Source: Candidatus Omnitrophota bacterium (lineage in GTDB: Bacteria > Omnitrophota > Gorgyraeia > Gygaellales > Profunditerraquicolaceae). From it: a DNA stretch of 64,000 nt. Below, one piece after another: positions 1 through 10,700 of this stretch; within the stretch, counting starts at the first letter, position 1, and every line of letters begins with the position of its first letter. The notes beneath the pieces were generated by a model. That model saw only the letters and a program-made list of their open reading frames with translations, had not been told where the DNA came from and searched no databases. The stretch spans positions 8,390 through 72,389 of the forward strand of contig JAQUME010000001.1 in the NCBI GenBank assembly GCA_028718245.1. Reading direction: 5' to 3'. A program made the position numbers and the translations under genes.

Positions 1-566
1 AAGATCCTACCAATAGCGTAAAGAAAAGAAGTGCCAAGATCGAGCCGATCTCTTTTTTAAGCCAGGATAACTTGATAGGCAGGTATTCGCTTATATCCAG
101 ATTGATCAGGGTTGATAGTTTCGGTAAGATACGGGGTACTTTTTGACAGTATTGCCGGTAGGCATCCGGGAATGCGGAGCGCAGCTTCTTTTCCTCCCCG
201 TACATAAGAAGTATATAGCGGATGACAAAGATCATGATGAATATAACCGCTACCCACAATTTAAAAACCGCTAATACTACGCCTAAACCGATGAGGAATA
301 TCCCTAGGTACATGGGATTGCGCACGACCTGATAAGGCCCTCCCTGGATCAATACCTGGCCTTCCCGGGAATGCTCTGCCTTGTATCCGCGCGCGGAAAC
401 CCGGATGATCTGCCCTAGGAGAATGAGGGAAAAACCCATGATTTCTATATATTCTTCCAGTATCTTTCCGGAGCCATTGCTGCGAAAGAAGACCTTGGGG
501 AAAAACGCGACTATAACTGTGGCGCAGAAGATAATTATTCCGTTGATCTTAAGGCGTTTTTTCATA
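1..566 (-). CDS. Isoprenylcysteine carboxyl methyltransferase / phospholipid methyltransferase (ICMT/PEMT) family membrane protein, C-terminally truncated by window edge
   Basis: Manual minus-strand translation from ATG at 566 gives MKKRLKINGIIIFCATVIVAF... with hydrophobic segments and the VVRNPMYLG motif typical of this family. The frame stays open to position 1. The ORF track shows only an internal-Met piece (57..257). Confidence 0.6.
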
Positions 567-568
567 AT

Positions 569-1369
569 TTATTTCTGGCACTTCGGGCAAAAATAAGTGC
601 CTCTTCCTCCCTGAGTAAATTTTTTAACCGGGTTCCCGCAGACAAAACAAGGTTTCCCTTCCCGGCCATACACCTGGTGAAATCTCACATAATCCCCCGG
701 CTTGCCTGAAACCCGCACATAATCATCTACTGAAGAACCGCCGTGTTTGATCGCGCTGGTCAATACTTTTTTTATTTCCCGATACAGGATTTCTTTTTCT
801 TTATTGGTCAGGCTTTGGCCGGGCCTTTGCGGGTTGATCTTGGAGCGGAATAATATCTCGGAGGCATAGAGGTTACCGATACCCGCTATAAAACCCTGGT
901 CCATGAGCAAGGGCTTGATCTTGGTTTTCTTCTTAGAGAGCATATCCCTAAAATCCGCGGAAGTCAAATCAAAAGGCTCCGGGCCCAGGCCCTGCACAAA
1001 CTTCAACTTTTTCCAGTCGCTGATCAAACGCAACTCTCCGAATAAACGCTGGTCATTAAAATCCAGGGCGCTCCCGCCGGTAAGATGAAAGGCCACGCGG
1101 CTGTTCTTGATTTTTCCCGGGTAAACCAACTGACCGGTCATTTTTAAATGTATGGTCAGGGCCCTGCCGTTAGAGAGCTCCAAGATCAACAGTTTCCCCC
1201 GACGCAGTATATTTTTTACAGTCAGGCCTTCAAGAGATTTCTTAAATTCCGCCGGCGATGGTTCGCGGATAACCCGGGGATTATTCACGCAAACCCCGGT
1301 TATTTTCTTACCCAGGATCGTCTTCGTTAAATCCCTTTTGATAGTCTCAACCTCTGGCAGTTCCGGCAT
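569..1369 (-). CDS. fpg: Formamidopyrimidine-DNA glycosylase (Fpg/MutM)
   Basis: The protein has the canonical MPELPEVE N-terminus (catalytic Pro2) and a C-terminal zinc finger CPKCQK. The start was moved to the MPELPEVE Met, not the upstream MKIM. Confidence 0.9.
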   Translation of the reverse strand: MPELPEVETIKRDLTKTILGKKITGVCVNNPRVIREPSPAEFKKSLEGLTVKNILRRGKLLILELSNGRALTIHLKMTGQLVYPGKIKNSRVAFHLTGGSALDFNDQRLFGELRLISDWKKLKFVQGLGPEPFDLTSADFRDMLSKKKTKIKPLLMDQGFIAGIGNLYASEILFRSKINPQRPGQSLTNKEKEILYREIKKVLTSAIKHGGSSVDDYVRVSGKPGDYVRFHQVYGREGKPCFVCGNPVKKFTQGGRGTYFCPKCQK

Positions 1370-1393
1370 AATCTTCACCCTGCATTCTACCTA

Positions 1394-2971
1394 CTAACTA
1401 CTACCTACCCTCTTTCTCTTTTTATTCTTATAATACGCCTGCAAAGGTTTCACTTTGAGTTTCTTCTTCCGCAATATTTCTATTCCGCTGACCGAGGCGA
1501 TCGCCCCGAATATGGTCGTGGTATAAGGTATGCCATACAAAATAACCTGTGAACGGATCTTTACCTCATCGATCCTGGGTATCCTGCCTGAAGGGGTATT
1601 AATCACCAGCTGGATCTTGCCCTCTTTCATAAGATCAAGGACGTTTGGCTTACCCTCGGAGATCTTCGGCAGGATTTTTGCCGGAATGCTGCTTTTGGCT
1701 AATGCCGCGGCTGTCCCGGCTGACGCGTATATCTTAAATCCCATATCTTTTAGCTTTTTAGCCACCAGGATGACATCCCTTTTATCCCGGTCATGCACGG
1801 AGATAAAAACATTGCCTCTCGTAGGCAGCTTCTGGCCCGCGGCCAGCTGGCTCTTTATATAGGCCTGGCCAAAATCCGCGTCAATACCCATAACCTCGCC
1901 GGTAGATTTCATCTCCGGGCCAAGAATTATATCAACGCCGGGAAAACGATTAAAGGGGAACACCGATTCCTTGATGGAGACATGTTTGGGAATAATTTCT
2001 TCGGTAAATCCCAGCTCTTTTAACTTTTTGCCCAACATGACCTTGGTTGCCAGCTTTGCCAAAGGCACGCCGATCGCCTTTGAAACAAAGGGAATTGTAC
2101 GACTGGCCCGGGGATTGACTTCCAGCACATAAACCAGGTTATCCTTTACCGCGTACTGCACATTCATTAAACCCACCACATGTAATTCCCTGGCCATATG
2201 CACGGTTGCCTGGCGGATATTTTTTAGCACTTCGGCGGATAAAGTATAGGTGGGGATGGACATTGCCGCATCCCCCGAATGCACCCCGGCCTGCTCAATA
2301 TGTTCCATTATCCCGCCGATTATAAAATCCTCTCCGTCACCTACCAGGTCAACATCCACCTCAATGGCATCCTCCAGGAATTTATCAACCAGAATGGGGT
2401 GCTCACCGGAGACTTCTGCCGCCTCTTTGATGAACCTCTCCAGGACATTCTGGTCATAAACGATCTCCATTGCCCTGCCGCCTAATACGTAGGAAGGCCG
2501 GACCAATACCGGATATCCGATCTTTGTAGCTACCTCCTTTGCCTCCTCAAATGTAAATGCCGTGCCGCTCTGCGGCTGCCGCAATCCCAGTTTATCCAGC
2601 AGCTGTTTAAAACGCTTGCGGTTCTCGGCAATATCAATACTGTCGGCGCTTGTCCCAAGAAGATTAACCCCCGCCTGAAGCAAAAGAACAGCCAGGTTAA
2701 GCGGTGTTTGGCCGCCAAACTGCACGATCACCCCTATCGGCTTCTCCAGCTCAATAATGTTCATAATATCTTCGAAGGTAAGCGGCTCAAAATAAAGACG
2801 GTCGGAAGTATCATAATCGGTAGAGACTGTTTCCGGGTTGCAATTCACCATGATGCTATCTATGCCTTCTTCCTTAAGCGCGTAAGCCGCATGGCAGCAG
2901 CAATAATCAAACTCAATGCCCTGGCCGATCCTGTTCGGCCCTCCTCCTAAGATAACTACCTTCTTCTGCAT
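1394..2971 (-). CDS. carB: Carbamoyl-phosphate synthase large subunit, C-terminal half only (second ATP-grasp + MGS-like domain); split carB
   Basis: The 525-aa product begins [34 protein letters not shown]...[21 protein letters not shown]. This matches the start of the second homologous half of CarB (about residue 550 onward), not the N-terminal half. Confidence 0.85.
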   Translation of the reverse strand: MQKKVVILGGGPNRIGQGIEFDYCCCHAAYALKEEGIDSIMVNCNPETVSTDYDTSDRLYFEPLTFEDIMNIIELEKPIGVIVQFGGQTPLNLAVLLLQAGVNLLGTSADSIDIAENRKRFKQLLDKLGLRQPQSGTAFTFEEAKEVATKIGYPVLVRPSYVLGGRAMEIVYDQNVLERFIKEAAEVSGEHPILVDKFLEDAIEVDVDLVGDGEDFIIGGIMEHIEQAGVHSGDAAMSIPTYTLSAEVLKNIRQATVHMARELHVVGLMNVQYAVKDNLVYVLEVNPRASRTIPFVSKAIGVPLAKLATKVMLGKKLKELGFTEEIIPKHVSIKESVFPFNRFPGVDIILGPEMKSTGEVMGIDADFGQAYIKSQLAAGQKLPTRGNVFISVHDRDKRDVILVAKKLKDMGFKIYASAGTAAALAKSSIPAKILPKISEGKPNVLDLMKEGKIQLVINTPSGRIPRIDEVKIRSQVILYGIPYTTTIFGAIASVSGIEILRKKKLKVKPLQAYYKNKKRKRVGSS

Positions 2972-2972
2972 T

Positions 2973-3431
2973 TCACTTCTCTCCTAAAATCTTTTTGGCC
3001 TGTGTAATAACATCATCAACAGTATTGGCTTTAATAACCCCCCTGACATCCCAAGAGCCTAAGCTAATTATCGGGATCCCAAACTGTAAACAATAGGCGA
3101 TCTCAGATAGCGTGCCTGCTTCCCCTGGAAGCGCTATTACCAGATCCGCTGCTTTAACCACCAGCACATTCCTGGCTAAGCCTAAGCCCGTGGGTATAAC
3201 TATATCTACAAATTCATTGGCATCTTTTTTGTCGTAACTCGGTATAATACCGATAGTTAGGCCACCTTTGACCTTAAAACCAGAGCAAACCGCCTTCATT
3301 GTTCCCTGCAAACCGCCAGATATTAAAATATCAACCACTTTAGCCAGTTTTAAACCTAAACTATGGGCTAATTGCTCCACTTCAGCATTACAATGACGCC
3401 CACCAATAACTGAGACTATTTTCTTTCGCAT
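2973..3431 (-). CDS. LOG/TIGR00725-like Rossmann-fold nucleotide-binding protein
   Basis: The protein carries [11 protein letters not shown] and PGEAGTLSE motifs (GGxGxM / PGGxGTxxE of the LOG family). The start was placed at the internal Met ([11 protein letters not shown]) because the longer ORF would overlap the tRNA-Arg gene. Confidence 0.55.
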   Translation of the reverse strand: MRKKIVSVIGGRHCNAEVEQLAHSLGLKLAKVVDILISGGLQGTMKAVCSGFKVKGGLTIGIIPSYDKKDANEFVDIVIPTGLGLARNVLVVKAADLVIALPGEAGTLSEIAYCLQFGIPIISLGSWDVRGVIKANTVDDVITQAKKILGEK

Positions 3432-3437
3432 ATTTTT

Positions 3438-3509
3438 TGCGCCTGGCAGGAATTGAACCTGCACCACCAGCTTCGGAGGCTGATGCGCTATCCGTTGCGC
3501 TACAGGCGC
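3438..3509 (-). tRNA. tRNA-Arg (anticodon CCG)
   Basis: The minus-strand sequence GCGCCTGTAGCGCAACGGATAGCGCATCAGCCTCCGAAGCTGGTGGTGCAGGTTCAATTCCTGCCAGGCGCA folds as a cloverleaf. Acceptor GCGCCTG/CAGGCGC, D-stem GCGC/GCGC, anticodon loop CTCCGAA, T-arm GCAGG-TTCAATT-CCTGC. No CCA is encoded. Confidence 0.85.
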
Positions 3510-3513
3510 ATAT

Positions 3514-4752
3514 TTAAAATAAACTTAACTGTTGCTCTCCTTTTCCCTGTTCTTCATTATCTTCAAATATAGAGATCGTGCCATATTCGCCATCAAACCC
3601 AGCCTTGATATCAACCTTTCCCTGACGCACCCGCAAAACCCCTTCGGCAACCTTTTTCGGCAGGTTTTTGAGCAATTCTTCTTTTGAAGCCCTGAGTAAA
3701 ACTTCAAACTCTGTTCCGAATTTCGCCAGGTAACCGTGATAATCTCTGGTCACGTTTATCGAACCCTTGCCTACGCCTTTTGCCCCGGCAATTATCTCAT
3801 CAAAAGGGATCAGATTCTTAAAGGGTATGGCATTCTCCGGCTTAAAACCTTCAGGCCGATCGGCAAGTTTTTCCACCCGGTTTGCCACGCCTACCGTAAC
3901 CGGTTTGCCGCATTTAGGGCACCTGCCGTTATTTTCTTTTGTTTCTTTCGGCGAAAGCCGCACACCGCAGAGACGATGGCCGTCAAAATGGTATTTGCCC
4001 TCCTCGGGAAAGAATTCAATGGTGTACAAAAATCTTCCCTTGTCCTTGGTTTTCAAAACTTCGCGAATGGTGTTATAATCCAATTCGCAATTAAAAACAT
4101 TTGCCTCGCGGCCGATCTTCTGCGGAGAGTGGCTGTCGGAGTTGCTGATCAGCGTATATTTATCCAGCGCCGAAAGCCTCCAGTTCATTGCCGGGTCCGA
4201 AGAGAGGCCGGTTTCCAGCGCAAAGATCTTTGGGGTCTGCTCTTCAAAGCAATCCTGGATCTTATCAAACCCTGACATTGAGCCGAACAAACTGAACCAC
4301 GGGGTCCAGATATGGCCGGGGACGATCATGCAGTTTTCGTCAATATCAAAAACAATGCGCGCAAGTTCTGCGGCATCCAGACCCAATATCGGCCGACCAT
4401 CGCTGGCCAGGTTACCGATCCTGCTTAAGCGTTCATTTATCTTGTCTACGCTTTTGAATGAAGGGCTGAAAATCAAATTGTGGATGCGGTAAGTGCGGCC
4501 ATTCTTGGAATAAATGCTGCTTACCTCGGCGGTGAGCATAAAATAAATTCCGGCGTGTTTAAAGAGGCCGTTCCCGCAGTCTTCCAGGTTATGCTTTAGC
4601 TCTTCCAGCCAGAGATGGTGCGTAAAATCCCCGGTGCCCATTAAAGTAATGCCTTTTAATTGCGCCCACTCTGCCAGGTGCTTAATATCCATATCCCGGC
4701 TGGTCGCCCGGGAGTATTTTGAATGGATATGAAAATCGGCAATAAATTCCAT
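3514..4752 (-). CDS. PHP-domain protein of the TIGR00375 / endonuclease Q-like family with CxxC zinc ribbon
   Basis: The N-terminus ADFHIHSKYSRATSRDMD is a PHP metal-binding His motif. CPKCGK forms a zinc ribbon. Length is 412 aa. Archaeal members of this family were characterised as EndoQ, which cleaves 5' of deaminated bases. Confidence 0.5.
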   Translation of the reverse strand: MEFIADFHIHSKYSRATSRDMDIKHLAEWAQLKGITLMGTGDFTHHLWLEELKHNLEDCGNGLFKHAGIYFMLTAEVSSIYSKNGRTYRIHNLIFSPSFKSVDKINERLSRIGNLASDGRPILGLDAAELARIVFDIDENCMIVPGHIWTPWFSLFGSMSGFDKIQDCFEEQTPKIFALETGLSSDPAMNWRLSALDKYTLISNSDSHSPQKIGREANVFNCELDYNTIREVLKTKDKGRFLYTIEFFPEEGKYHFDGHRLCGVRLSPKETKENNGRCPKCGKPVTVGVANRVEKLADRPEGFKPENAIPFKNLIPFDEIIAGAKGVGKGSINVTRDYHGYLAKFGTEFEVLLRASKEELLKNLPKKVAEGVLRVRQGKVDIKAGFDGEYGTISIFEDNEEQGKGEQQLSLF

Positions 4753-4754
4753 CT

Positions 4755-6029
4755 TTACCTTTTATAAACTATTTTCCCGTTACATATCGTATAATCTACC
4801 GCGCCTTTTAAAGTGCGCCCGATAAATGCGCAGTTTTTGGATTTTGAGATCAAGCCGCCCTTAGTGACCTGCCATTCTTCTTCGGGAGAAATAACCACTA
4901 TATCCGCTGTCTTGCCCTCGCTTAAAGTCCCTTTGTCTATGCCTAAGATCCTTGCAGGATTTACCGCGAGACACTCAACCAGTTGCCTCCAGTCCAATAT
5001 TTTAGAGTAGACCAATTCGGTTATACTGGCGGCTAATTCGGTTTCTAAGCCGATCACCCCGAACTCCGCGCGCTCAAACTCAATATCCTTTTCATTCTCC
5101 GTATGCGGGGCGTGGTCGGAAGCGATGACGTCAATAGTCCCGTCTTTTAATCCCTCTTTTATCGCCGCCAGGTCACTTTTACTTCTTAAGGGAGGGTTCA
5201 TCTTCATGTTTGTATCATACCCTAAAAGGGCATCTTCGGTAAGTGAAAAATAATGCGGGGCAGTTTCACAGGTTACCTTGATTCCTTTTTTCTTAGCCGT
5301 GGCAATGATCTCTACCGACTCCCGGCAACTCACGTGGGCGATATGAACCGGCGCTTGAGCTTTTTCTGCCAGTTCAATATCCCGTTCCACTCTTCTGTAT
5401 TCCGATTCCTTTGGTATGCCGCGCAGACCAAGGCGGGTAGAATTAAACCCGAGATTGACCACCCCTCTTCCTGAAAGTATTTTATCCTCGCTGTGGCAAA
5501 TGGCCAGGAGCCCGGACTGCTTTGCTTTTTTAAATGCCCCAAGCATCAGCTCATCGTTATCTACCGAACAGCCATCATCGGATATTGCGTAAGCTCCGCT
5601 TTTCTTTAACGCGAGGATATCGCTTAATTCCTGGCCCAGGCGACCTTTAGTAATAGTTCCGCAGATAAGCACATTGATCCTGGCGTCTTTAGCGATTATT
5701 CCTTTTAACAGTTCAATGCTCTCTGGGCAATCCATAGCCGGATTAGTGTTCGGCATGGCTAAAACAGTGGCCACCCCGCCTTTGGCAGCTGCGGATGTGG
5801 CAGTAGCCACTGTCTCCTTATCCTCTCTTCCGGGCTGGCGCAGATGCACGTGCATATCAATGATCCCCGGGCTAACAATTTTGCCTGCCGCATCAATTAT
5901 GCTCTCTGCATGGGCTTTGATATTTTTGGCAACCTGGGATATTTTTTCGCCTTCAATTAAAATATCTCTCAGGCCATCAATTTTGTTTGCCGGGTCAATG
6001 ACCCTTGCGCCTTTGATCAGTATGCTCAT
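4755..6029 (-). CDS. pyrC: Dihydroorotase
   Basis: The protein carries DMHVHLRQPG and DHAPH motifs and is 424 aa. It overlaps pyrB by 4 nt. Confidence 0.9.
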   Translation of the reverse strand: MSILIKGARVIDPANKIDGLRDILIEGEKISQVAKNIKAHAESIIDAAGKIVSPGIIDMHVHLRQPGREDKETVATATSAAAKGGVATVLAMPNTNPAMDCPESIELLKGIIAKDARINVLICGTITKGRLGQELSDILALKKSGAYAISDDGCSVDNDELMLGAFKKAKQSGLLAICHSEDKILSGRGVVNLGFNSTRLGLRGIPKESEYRRVERDIELAEKAQAPVHIAHVSCRESVEIIATAKKKGIKVTCETAPHYFSLTEDALLGYDTNMKMNPPLRSKSDLAAIKEGLKDGTIDVIASDHAPHTENEKDIEFERAEFGVIGLETELAASITELVYSKILDWRQLVECLAVNPARILGIDKGTLSEGKTADIVVISPEEEWQVTKGGLISKSKNCAFIGRTLKGAVDYTICNGKIVYKR

Positions 6030-6958
6030 GTTTTTAGTTCCCTTGCCTGGGCTACCAGGAATAAAACCGCCATTCTTACGGCAATGCCATTGGTTACCTG
6101 CTCTAAAATTACCGAGTTTGCACCGTCGGCGACCTCGCTGGACATCTCAATGCCCCGGTTGATCGGGCCTGGATGCATAACCACTATATCCTTTTTGGCC
6201 TTGGCTAACCTCTCCACGGTGATCCCGAACTTCTTAAAATAATCCAATTGCTCGGGGAATGCCGTCCCTTCATCGCGTTCAAATTGCATCCTCAAAACAT
6301 TTACCGCGTCAGCGTTTTTCAGGGCTTCATCTATATTGCTGGAGGTTTTCACCCCGGTTTTTTCTATTTCAACCGGGAGCAGCATCTCCGGAGCGCATAC
6401 CGTGACATTGGCCCCTAATTTAGTCAGCCCCCAGATGTTAGAACGGGCAACCCGGGAATGGGCGATATCGCCGACAATAGTTACATTCAGGCCTTGAATT
6501 TTTCCCAGCTTTTCTTTAAGGGTGAAAATATCCAGCAATGCCTGCGTAGGATGCTCATGCCAGCCGTCTCCGGCATTTACCACGCTTATATCTAGATGCC
6601 GGGCCAGCATATTCGCAGCACCCGAACAATTATGCCGCATAATGATTATATCTGCTTTTAGCGCCTGGATATTTTTCCCCGTATCGATCAGGGTCTCTCC
6701 CTTACGGACGCTGGAGGTTTCGGTAGCGATATTAATTACATCCGCAGAGAGCCTTTTTGCCGCTACCTCAAAGGAAACCCTTGTCCTGGTTGACGGTTCG
6801 TAGAAAAGATTTACCGCGGTCTTGCCGCGCAAGGCCGGGACCTTCTTGATCTCCCTTGTAGAGACCTCCTTAAATGACTCTACGGTATCAAGAATTATTT
6901 CTATTTCTTCCCTGGTTAAATACTCCAGCCCCAATAAATCCTTCTTTGTCCAGGACAT
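6026..6958 (-). CDS. pyrB: Aspartate carbamoyltransferase catalytic subunit
   Basis: The protein carries STRTR, HPTQ and HPGP motifs and is 310 aa. Confidence 0.95.
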   Translation of the reverse strand: MSWTKKDLLGLEYLTREEIEIILDTVESFKEVSTREIKKVPALRGKTAVNLFYEPSTRTRVSFEVAAKRLSADVINIATETSSVRKGETLIDTGKNIQALKADIIIMRHNCSGAANMLARHLDISVVNAGDGWHEHPTQALLDIFTLKEKLGKIQGLNVTIVGDIAHSRVARSNIWGLTKLGANVTVCAPEMLLPVEIEKTGVKTSSNIDEALKNADAVNVLRMQFERDEGTAFPEQLDYFKKFGITVERLAKAKKDIVVMHPGPINRGIEMSSEVADGANSVILEQVTNGIAVRMAVLFLVAQARELKT

Positions 6959-7534
<576 letters not shown>

Positions 7535-7616
7535 TTAATTTTGGTCTTCTTATTTTACTCATTTCTTCCTTGCCAGCTTCTCAAGAGCCAGCTTAAAGGG
7601 TTAATTTATTGATATA

Positions 7617-7645
7617 AATATAGCACCTGAAAGGTATCCTGTCAA
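7617..7645 (-). promoter_or_regulatory. Sigma70-like promoter for pyrR operon (TTGACA-N17-TATATT)
   Basis: The minus strand reads cccTTGACAggatacctttcaggtgcTATATTtatatc. The spacing is perfect and it lies about 110 nt upstream of pyrR. Confidence 0.4.
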
Positions 7646-7688
7646 GGGCATATTTTTCCAGGGCGCCGCTAGAGATTACAAAGAAAAA

Positions 7689-7748
7689 GGGACGCTTAAT
7701 AGGGAACCTTCTTTTTGGCTGATAAACCTGTGGGAAGGTAAGCGTCCC
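7689..7748 (-). terminator. Rho-independent terminator of the giant ORF
   Basis: GGGACGCTTA (7689-7698) pairs with TAAGCGTCCC (7739-7748). On the minus strand it lies just 3' of the stop codon and is followed by UUUUUCUU. Confidence 0.6.
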
Positions 7749-7750
7749 TT

Positions 7751-10700
7751 TTATTGAGTTATCAATTGCGGTTCTTTTGCGAGAACCTGTATATTTATTA
7801 ATGCCAGCCTTAATTCATTTACCGGCTTACCTGATTCAAGCAAAACCAGGATTTCCTTTAAAGAAGATTCCGTGCCGCAGGCCTTTTCCTCCTCCTGCCT
7901 CAAAATATCGGCGATGCAGGCAAGGACCCTGTCTATCTGGGTGCTTGGATCTTGCAGAGACAAAAGATATTCTCTTATGCGTTCGCAGGAAGGCGCTATT
8001 CCTGAATTTGCCATCCTCTCTATCTCCTGCCATTCCTTATCAGAAAGAGGAGCTGTCCCCGAAGGGGACTGTCCCTGCTTCACCAAAGGACTCCCAGCTG
8101 TTACTTTTTCCACCTTCGTATACTTGGGCAGCGACCGCATATCAATACCGCCAACAGAGTTATCTTCCTTTTGATCTCTTGCTTCCAATGGACTTACCCC
8201 TCCTAAAGCAAGGTTCTCATAAGAAATATAGTCCTGCTCTGTTAAAGGGGTGAAATAAAAAACTCCATCCCTTTGTGCCCAAACTACTCCATATAAATAT
8301 GGACCATATGCATTTGACCAAGAAGTTAGACCACCCTTTTCTCTAATTTTAGTTACCAACATTTGCGCGGGGCCTTCTACCAACCCTCTGGCAACTGGAT
8401 CATCTCTAAATTTACCCCATTCATCACCTCTGGCCACTGCTATACGCCGCGACAAATCAACAGCCCATGCTTCTCCTCTATTTTTTGTTATTAACGCTGT
8501 TATATCATCGGCCTGTAGTGTGCCTGGGAATTCTTGTTGCAGGCTTTGCACGGGCCTAAATGGCGCTAATATTTCCTTCTGTCTTTGCAATCTATCCTGT
8601 ATAAGTTTTAACCTTTCTGTCGAATATTCCAAAGGTTCGTTTATCCCTGGCCTCGCAACCTTGACTGGATTCCGCATCGGCGAGCCGGCGGCAACTTTAG
8701 ATCTTATCAAAAGGGCTACCCCTGTTTCTGCATTATATGTCTTCACGGTTAAAGCTCTGCCATTTTGTGAGGAGTATTGTTGAATATAACCTCCCCACCC
8801 GTGTTGTTCCGGCACAAAATCAAACACTATGAATCCGTCTTCTGTAAGCAAGTTTTCCAACTCTCTAAGGTGGCTAAAAAATCTCTTAAGTTTTGCGCTG
8901 TCTTCATTATGAGTTGGCAAAAGGTGCCATAGCGATGTATAGCTATAGATGATATCGACTTTACCATTCCCTAAAAATTCTTTTATCCGTTCTTGCAATT
9001 TTGTATCCGTATCGACAATAAATAAAATGTTATCTGGAATGGGCCTGGAGGCTGGATAAAAAGTGTCTCCAAAAGCAAGAATAAATACATTATTTCTGCC
9101 TTTTGCTTTCAGGCGATCATGCAAATCCATTATCTCGGTTAAGTCGCCGGCTCCCCACCCAAGAACATATACCGGCTCTTCCTTCCGGCTTTCGGATAAA
9201 GCTGAGATTTTATCAAACAATTCTCCTCCAAGAATATCTTTAAAGGACGCATTAATTTCTTCAAATCTTGAATTTATTTGAATCCAAGGCGAATCTTGTA
9301 TCTTAATCTCACCGTTTTCCTCTCTTAGTACTCTCTTGCCCCCCTCGCTATGCTTAATTTCCTCAATCTGTTCTTGAGACAAATCTGGGGGAAATACAAT
9401 ACCATCCGCTGGACGTCCTAAAAATCCTTGCACCGGACTGACCACGGCAGCCTTTACGGTATCCGCAACCGGCGAACCGACGGATTTTTCTATGTCTTTA
9501 AATGCCGTAGCAACGGGAAGCCCTTCGATTGCCCCTTGCTGCATGGATTCTTCTTTTGCCGTATCCAAGAACTTCCCAAGCCCGGCAATAATCGGGCTCA
9601 CAATAGAAGCGGTTAATAAATCTCTTCGCCATACCAGATGCTCGGGAAGCCCATATTTGGCTTGGATTTTCATCACAAGCCCTCTTAATTCCCCTTCCAT
9701 CTGTTTAGCATCTTTTTTGGAAAAACCCTGGAAAAAATCCGCCAATTTCTTTACTTGTTCCGGTCCTATGCCAGAGAACAGACTGACCTGGCAAAGCTCC
9801 TCAAAAATAATGCTCATCGCAAAATAATCAATGTTGTTTATCACCGCTGATTGGACAAAATTAAGCATTTTTAAGATTTCAATTTGCGGGTAGTTCCCGC
9901 TTAAGCTCCTCAGCCTGGCATCAAGTTCATTAGTAACATCCCTGGCGTTTTCTCTAACGCCTTCTGCTCTAGGTTTACCTCCGAGCCCAATAATTACCCT
10001 GGCTATCTTTTCTCCTATCTTGTCATTATCCAGCTGGCGGTGGCGGTTAAAAGCATGCTCTGATTCATGGTAAATAATATTCTCTTCCAGGGCGGCCAAA
10101 ACAATATTATTCCAATCTTTTCTGCCTTTAGCATCTTTGAATGTTTCTTGTATTATTTTCGCATATGCCATTCTTAAAGACGCTATATTAGGCCCTGCCC
10201 ATTCATCCCAAACAGGAATTGTATTACTGTTCCCGGCGAGCACAGGATAAATATACTTATCAATAATCTTTTGCACCTGGCTGCGAATAACAACAACCAT
10301 ATCCAGATCATAATTATAAAACCCGTTGGCATTAAAACGCTCGCCGTTAACCGGTTCAACAATTATAGCTTTTACCTTCCTTAAGCCGTCTTTAGAAGGA
10401 ATTACCTTAGTTTCGAGAATACGAAATTCAGCCCTCTCGATTACTATGCTTTCTCCCTTTTTATTTTTAGCGCCAAAAACGGCATCTGCTGCTGCGGCCG
10501 GGCCATGTAACAGCGCTATCCCTAAACCTGCCCCAAGGCCTATCAGAAAATTCCTTTTCTTGAGGTCTACCGACTCTCCCTGCCCTGGCGTTTCGCCGGG
10601 CAAAAAAGAATCCGATTTTTTCGCGATGGGGGAACCGGCGCCACTTTGATTTTGAAACGCTAAACCTGCAGGCTGAACCGGCCTGTTTGATTTAAGGATT

